Origin: Alkalispirochaeta sp. | GTDB taxonomy: Bacteria > Spirochaetota > Spirochaetia > DSM-27196 > Alkalispirochaetaceae | Assembly: GCA_965601925.1 (NCBI GenBank) | Contig: OZ271854.1 | Location: forward strand, 3,936,001-4,000,000 | Length of the DNA stretch: 64,000 nt | Reading direction: 5' to 3' | In this document: positions 60,021 through 64,000 of the stretch, one piece after another | Numbering within the stretch: position 1 is the first letter of the stretch | Layout: every line of letters starts with the position of its first letter | The notes under the pieces: generated by a model | What the model was told of the DNA's origin: nothing | The model's input: the letters and a program-made list of their open reading frames with translations, nothing else | Databases searched by the model: none | Made by a program: the position numbers and the translations under genes

Positions 60021-60766
60021 CGACCACCCACGTTTTCTACGCCCTCATACCGGCGATATTCCTATCGCAATACGTTCGTAGCCTCGACGGACGACGAATG
60101 GTCCGTCGCACGGTAGGCGCCGCGCTGTGTTACATGGCCGCGATCGCGGCGCCGCTGGCAACTCCCGCCAACTGGGTGGCCGTAACCGTAATGGCAGCCG
60201 CGATTATCGGCATCGATATAACGATGTTGCGCAGATCGACCAATCGCCACCTTTCCCGAACCGTGGTGCTGCTTTTCAATATCGCCGCAACGGTCGGCAT
60301 TGTCGGCAACGGCAGATGGATATCGGGATTCAACGCGAGCACGCAGCGTATTGCCGACGCGTTGGCACGATGGAACGTCATACTCCACCGTCTCGACGGC
60401 GCGGCCGTCCACTACCTGATCGTCGCGGTGGCGGGCCTTCTTATCGCCACGACCGAGATCAACCATCCCATCGCGCTCATTCTCAAACGATCGAGCCTTA
60501 TTCCGCGTACGCTTCCCGGCGCACAAACCGGCGTCGACGACACTCCGGCTCGGGGGCGCATGATCGGCGTGTCGGAACGGGGAATCGTTTTCGTATTTAC
60601 CCTCACCGGCAACCTATCGGCCATCGGCCTCGTTCTCGCCGCCAAAGCGTTTGCTCGCTTTCGACAACTGGACGATCGCGAATTTGCCGAATACATGTTG
60701 ATCGGGACGCTACTGTCCATCTCCGGCGCGATGGCGGTCGGGCTGATCATGCAATTCTTCGTGTAG
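60017..60766 (+). CDS. DUF3307-like multi-pass membrane protein
   Basis: GRMIGVSER, AAKAFARF, DREFAEYMLIGTLLS; ATGA overlap with satD. Confidence 0.75.
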   Translation: MTTTHVFYALIPAIFLSQYVRSLDGRRMVRRTVGAALCYMAAIAAPLATPANWVAVTVMAAAIIGIDITMLRRSTNRHLSRTVVLLFNIAATVGIVGNGRWISGFNASTQRIADALARWNVILHRLDGAAVHYLIVAVAGLLIATTEINHPIALILKRSSLIPRTLPGAQTGVDDTPARGRMIGVSERGIVFVFTLTGNLSAIGLVLAAKAFARFRQLDDREFAEYMLIGTLLSISGAMAVGLIMQFFV

Positions 60767-60838
60767 CACCGCGCACATACAGTCTTATCGCCCGCGCAAG
60801 TGGGTGAAGAAACGACCGGATATTTTCATCGTAAAGGT

Positions 60839-60894
60839 TTGACACATTCGGTATGATGCGGTATATTATTTTTCAGTTGCACATGTATGCAACT
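60839..60894 (+). promoter_or_regulatory. sigma70 promoter with downstream palindromic operator
   Basis: TTGACA-17-TATATT (60839-60867), then AGTTGCACATGTATGCAACT (60875-60894). Confidence 0.75.
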
Positions 60895-60925
60895 ACACAA
60901 CAAAGCATCCTGGGAGGAGGCGAGT

Positions 60926-61210
60926 ATGTTTGACTATGAGCACTTTCTGAAGATCGACTACACGGATATTCACACACGTACCAACCTAAGTTCGAGGAGG
61001 CCCACTATGCACGACTACGAACACCTGGCCATGCATCGCGAACGCGTACGGGATCGAGCACGTTCAATACGGCGCAGTTCGGTCATACGTCCGTCTCTCG
61101 GTGCGGCGCGCCGTCTCATAGCATACATGGCGAGCGTGGCGCGGCGGATCGCGGAACATCTGAAAGTTGGACACAGCGGTTGCGTAGATCACGCCGTTCC
61201 GTGTAAATAG
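60926..61210 (+). CDS. small hypothetical protein with two in-frame starts
   Basis: GAGGAGG precedes ATG 60926 (MFDYEH) and ATG 61007 (MHDYEH). Confidence 0.55.
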   Translation: MFDYEHFLKIDYTDIHTRTNLSSRRPTMHDYEHLAMHRERVRDRARSIRRSSVIRPSLGAARRLIAYMASVARRIAEHLKVGHSGCVDHAVPCK

Positions 61211-61219
61211 ATACACGGG

Positions 61220-62284
61220 ATGCCGCTCTACACTCCAGGACCGTCGGATCACCTTTATCGGCTCACACGATTCGAAGAATCTGCGGTCTTGGAGATGCTT
61301 GAGAGCCTACTATCTCTCTTGGATCCCGTACGGAATGCCGACTGGAAACAGACCGTACGCGGCGAGTTGGGACAAAGATTTCTCGACCGCCTTGCGGATT
61401 TGTATCCGCACTTTCACGGCGGCGCCGATTTCATCGAGTTTGCCGTTGCCGGCGACGAGCAGCAGGACATCCCCTCCTTTTTTGATGCCGTAGAGGCGCA
61501 GTCGCCGCGCCGTTTTCTTTTTCTGGTTCTCGGACGTATGTATCCCGAGGAATCCCTTCCGGAGACGATATCGCGGGAGACGGTCGAGCGTTTTTTGGAA
61601 GAGCGAAAGACTCGCAACCATCATCAACACATAGGAGCCGACTTTGCGTGGTGCGACGACCTTCCGGGGCTGCAAAAGCGCGTCGTGGCCCTCTGGAGAG
61701 AGTACTATGAGGGCGTCTTTCGAGATCACATCGACGACGGAGCCGCGGAACGCACGGAGGCGATCACCGAAAAAAAGACTCTTTTGGAGAACGAGGGCGG
61801 CGTCGCGGTGCTGAAGGAGATTACCGGTATGGCGGAACTGCCGTCGGAGATGCCCGCCGGTTTCCCGTATACCAGCCTCGTATTCGTCCCGGTCCTCAGA
61901 ATCAATCGCGGCCATAAGATGTACTTCGGGTACGGAAAGGTCGTCGTTCTCTTCGACGCCCACCGTACACGGCGCCAGATAACCGCCCAACGGGAGCGAC
62001 GCGACCGATTGACCAGAGTCATGCGCGCCCTCGCCGATCCCGGCCGCCTGCGGATGCTCCAAGTAATTGCCGGCGACGACTACAAGTTCAACGGTCAGCG
62101 AGTCGCCAATTGGACCAACCTCTCAACCTCGGTGGTGAGTCGCCATCTCAAACAGCTGCGCGAGGCCGGACTCATCGAAGAGCACTCGCCGGACAATCGC
62201 AACGTCCTCTATCGGGTCAATACCGAAGCGATCGAAGAACTCTCAAACGAGTTATTGCGCTACGTAAAAGACCTTCAATTATAG
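61220..62284 (+). CDS. ArsR/SmtB family regulator with long N-terminal domain
   Basis: RALADPGRLRML...LSTSVVSRHLKQLREAGLI. Confidence 0.85.
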   Translation: MPLYTPGPSDHLYRLTRFEESAVLEMLESLLSLLDPVRNADWKQTVRGELGQRFLDRLADLYPHFHGGADFIEFAVAGDEQQDIPSFFDAVEAQSPRRFLFLVLGRMYPEESLPETISRETVERFLEERKTRNHHQHIGADFAWCDDLPGLQKRVVALWREYYEGVFRDHIDDGAAERTEAITEKKTLLENEGGVAVLKEITGMAELPSEMPAGFPYTSLVFVPVLRINRGHKMYFGYGKVVVLFDAHRTRRQITAQRERRDRLTRVMRALADPGRLRMLQVIAGDDYKFNGQRVANWTNLSTSVVSRHLKQLREAGLIEEHSPDNRNVLYRVNTEAIEELSNELLRYVKDLQL

Positions 62285-62325
62285 CGAACGCGATCCACGC
62301 GTTTTCGGCGGTCGTCCGCCCCACC

Positions 62326-63258
62326 CTATGAGTATCGGTCTCGTCCGACGATCTTCGCCGCGGTACCCAGGAGACGACCTTCGATTAATAGAAGACCGAT
62401 TGCAATACACGCCATACCGACCCAATGCCGGACGAGCAGCCGTTCCCGCAACACGAATACGCCCAACAGCGTCGCGCTTACCGGCACCAAGAGGGTCACC
62501 AACAGCACGTTTGTAGCGCCGGAGCGCGAGAGCACCCGAAAATACAACAGATACGCGACGGCGGTGCTCAAAAACGCCAGCGATAGGACCGCCGCGGTCG
62601 TACTCGGCGTTGTAGGAAACCTGATCAACGACGGGTCGACCGCGATCGTCACGGCGGCGACGATTACCGTGCTCGCCGTTAATTGTCCTCCGGCAACGGC
62701 GATAAGCGGGCATCCGGTCGCGCGAAATCGGCGGGCAAAGATACCTGCGATGCTATACGATATCGCGGCCCCTACTACCGCCAAGGAACCGAGAACGGCG
62801 GCTCGTCCTCCGGTAGCGCGTCCTACTCCGACGATGACGGCGACTCCCACCAAGCCGACGACACTCCCGAGTATTTTGCGCCCGTTCATCTTCTCGTCGG
62901 ATGTGAGGAAATGGGCCAGGAGAATCGTAAACATCGGCGTCGTCGCGTTGAGCACCGATGCGACGCTACTGTCTATGGAGCGTTGCGCCTGAAAAATCAG
63001 CGTGAACGGGATGACGTTGTTCACCGCGCCCATCACAAAGAAGGCGCCCCACATCCGCGGGTAGTGAAAGGGTGTACGCCGAAAGGGCAATGCCACCGCG
63101 TTGAGCGCGATTGCGGCGATACCGACGCGGAGCAACACGAGCGATACCGCCGGCATCTCCGCGATCGCTATCTTGCCGAAAAAGAAGGATCCGCCCCACA
63201 GAAACGAGAGCAGTCCGATCGATATCCAGCTTGATGTGTCCATGCGTAGATCGTTCAT
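62326..63258 (-). CDS. EamA/DMT family transporter
   Basis: LWGGSFFF, NNVIPF, LNATTP, STAVAYLLYF, LLVPV. Confidence 0.92.
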   Translation of the reverse strand: MNDLRMDTSSWISIGLLSFLWGGSFFFGKIAIAEMPAVSLVLLRVGIAAIALNAVALPFRRTPFHYPRMWGAFFVMGAVNNVIPFTLIFQAQRSIDSSVASVLNATTPMFTILLAHFLTSDEKMNGRKILGSVVGLVGVAVIVGVGRATGGRAAVLGSLAVVGAAISYSIAGIFARRFRATGCPLIAVAGGQLTASTVIVAAVTIAVDPSLIRFPTTPSTTAAVLSLAFLSTAVAYLLYFRVLSRSGATNVLLVTLLVPVSATLLGVFVLRERLLVRHWVGMACIAIGLLLIEGRLLGTAAKIVGRDRYS

Positions 63259-63508
63259 CGTGGCTACCATACGATAATACCCATCCGCCGTCATTCCGCA
63301 TCGTGCTGCCGTAGGCGGCTGCTCCCGTGCATACTGAGGAGTAGTTGCACGATGGACACGATACCGCGCGAGGAGTCGGCAACGAGAACGTTCGTCCCGA
63401 TGAGAACGTTTGCCTCCTTTCCCGAGACCGCCGAACAAGGTGAACGGTGTACGCGAAAGGACGTTGCACCGCAAGACGCGGCGCAGCGATACGACCGAAG
63501 CGTACGCG

Positions 63509-64000
63509 CTACGCCGACGCCAACCGGTCTAACGCCTCGATAATCTCCGCAGGTTCGGCGCGGAATCGATAATCGGGATGGAGAAACTCGTACACGATGA
63601 CACCGTCACGACCTATCACATACGTCGCCGCCAAGGGCAACTCGTCGGTGTCGTTTGCGTTGTACTCAGAGAGACGAAATGAGCCGTTGTAGTGTTTCAT
63701 GACGTAGTTGGGGACGCGGAAAACCAACCCGTACGTTCGCGCAACGAGGTTGTCCGTATCGTTCAATACCTCGAACTCCAGCGCATGTTTCTCCGCCGTG
63801 GACATGGAGTGGTCCGGCGTCTCGGGTGTGAGGGCGACCAGCGTCGCTCCCCGCTCCTTAAACTCTTCGAGAGCGTCCTGGAGTGCACGGAGCGTAATAT
63901 TGCAGTAGGGACACCACCCGCCGCGGTACCACGTCAAGACGACCGGTCCAAGCTGCAGCAACTCGGACAGCCGCGTCTGTGTACCGACCGCGTTACGAAG
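63509..64000 (-). CDS. AhpC/TSA peroxiredoxin-like protein (5' truncated by window)
   Basis: WYRGGWCPYCN, ELPLAATYVI, DYRFRAEP; frame open to window end. Confidence 0.9.
   Translation of the reverse strand, partial: LRNAVGTQTRLSELLQLGPVVLTWYRGGWCPYCNITLRALQDALEEFKERGATLVALTPETPDHSMSTAEKHALEFEVLNDTDNLVARTYGLVFRVPNYVMKHYNGSFRLSEYNANDTDELPLAATYVIGRDGVIVYEFLHPDYRFRAEPAEIIEALDRLASA

Overview
A GC-rich chromosomal window, most likely from a free-living spirochaete (Spirochaetaceae-like). This is inferred from the 'FAAGQQE/AEGQNE/AGERES'-type solute-binding protein N-termini, the flgF-flgG-flgJ-rpoS-deacetylase-tsaD gene order and tRNAs without encoded CCA. Contents in order: ilvD 3' end; LysE exporter; a DeoR-associated sugar/polyol island (FGGY kinase, orphan, YjbQ, LsrB-like ABC transporter, DhaK/DhaL); glnS and housekeeping genes; a beta-propeller/Y_Y_Y HisKA_3 sensor plus a UvrY/NarL-like regulator directly upstream of a citrate lyase operon that contains a TctCBA transporter; carAB; tRNA-Glu/Gln/Thr; apt; a MinD-like ATPase; tsaD; an RpoS-like sigma factor; flagellar rod genes; a sulfur cluster (SsuABC-like, cysM, OsmC, metZ, Rrf2); a Liv-type ABC with URO-D-like and shikimate-kinase-like genes; SatD with a DUF3307-like partner; ArsR; EamA; a partial peroxiredoxin. 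Best leads: (1) three GAAC-N7-GTTC palindromes at exact 29-bp period in front of the cyclase-like SatD/membrane pair; (2) a consensus sigma54 promoter on rpoS in Borrelia-like synteny; (3) a non-CitAB two-component system with tandem boxes at the citC promoter and an apparent ATT start codon; (4) two uncharacterised uptake/catabolism modules. No CRISPR array, rRNA or intact transposase was seen. All family calls come from motifs recognised by eye, not from database searches.
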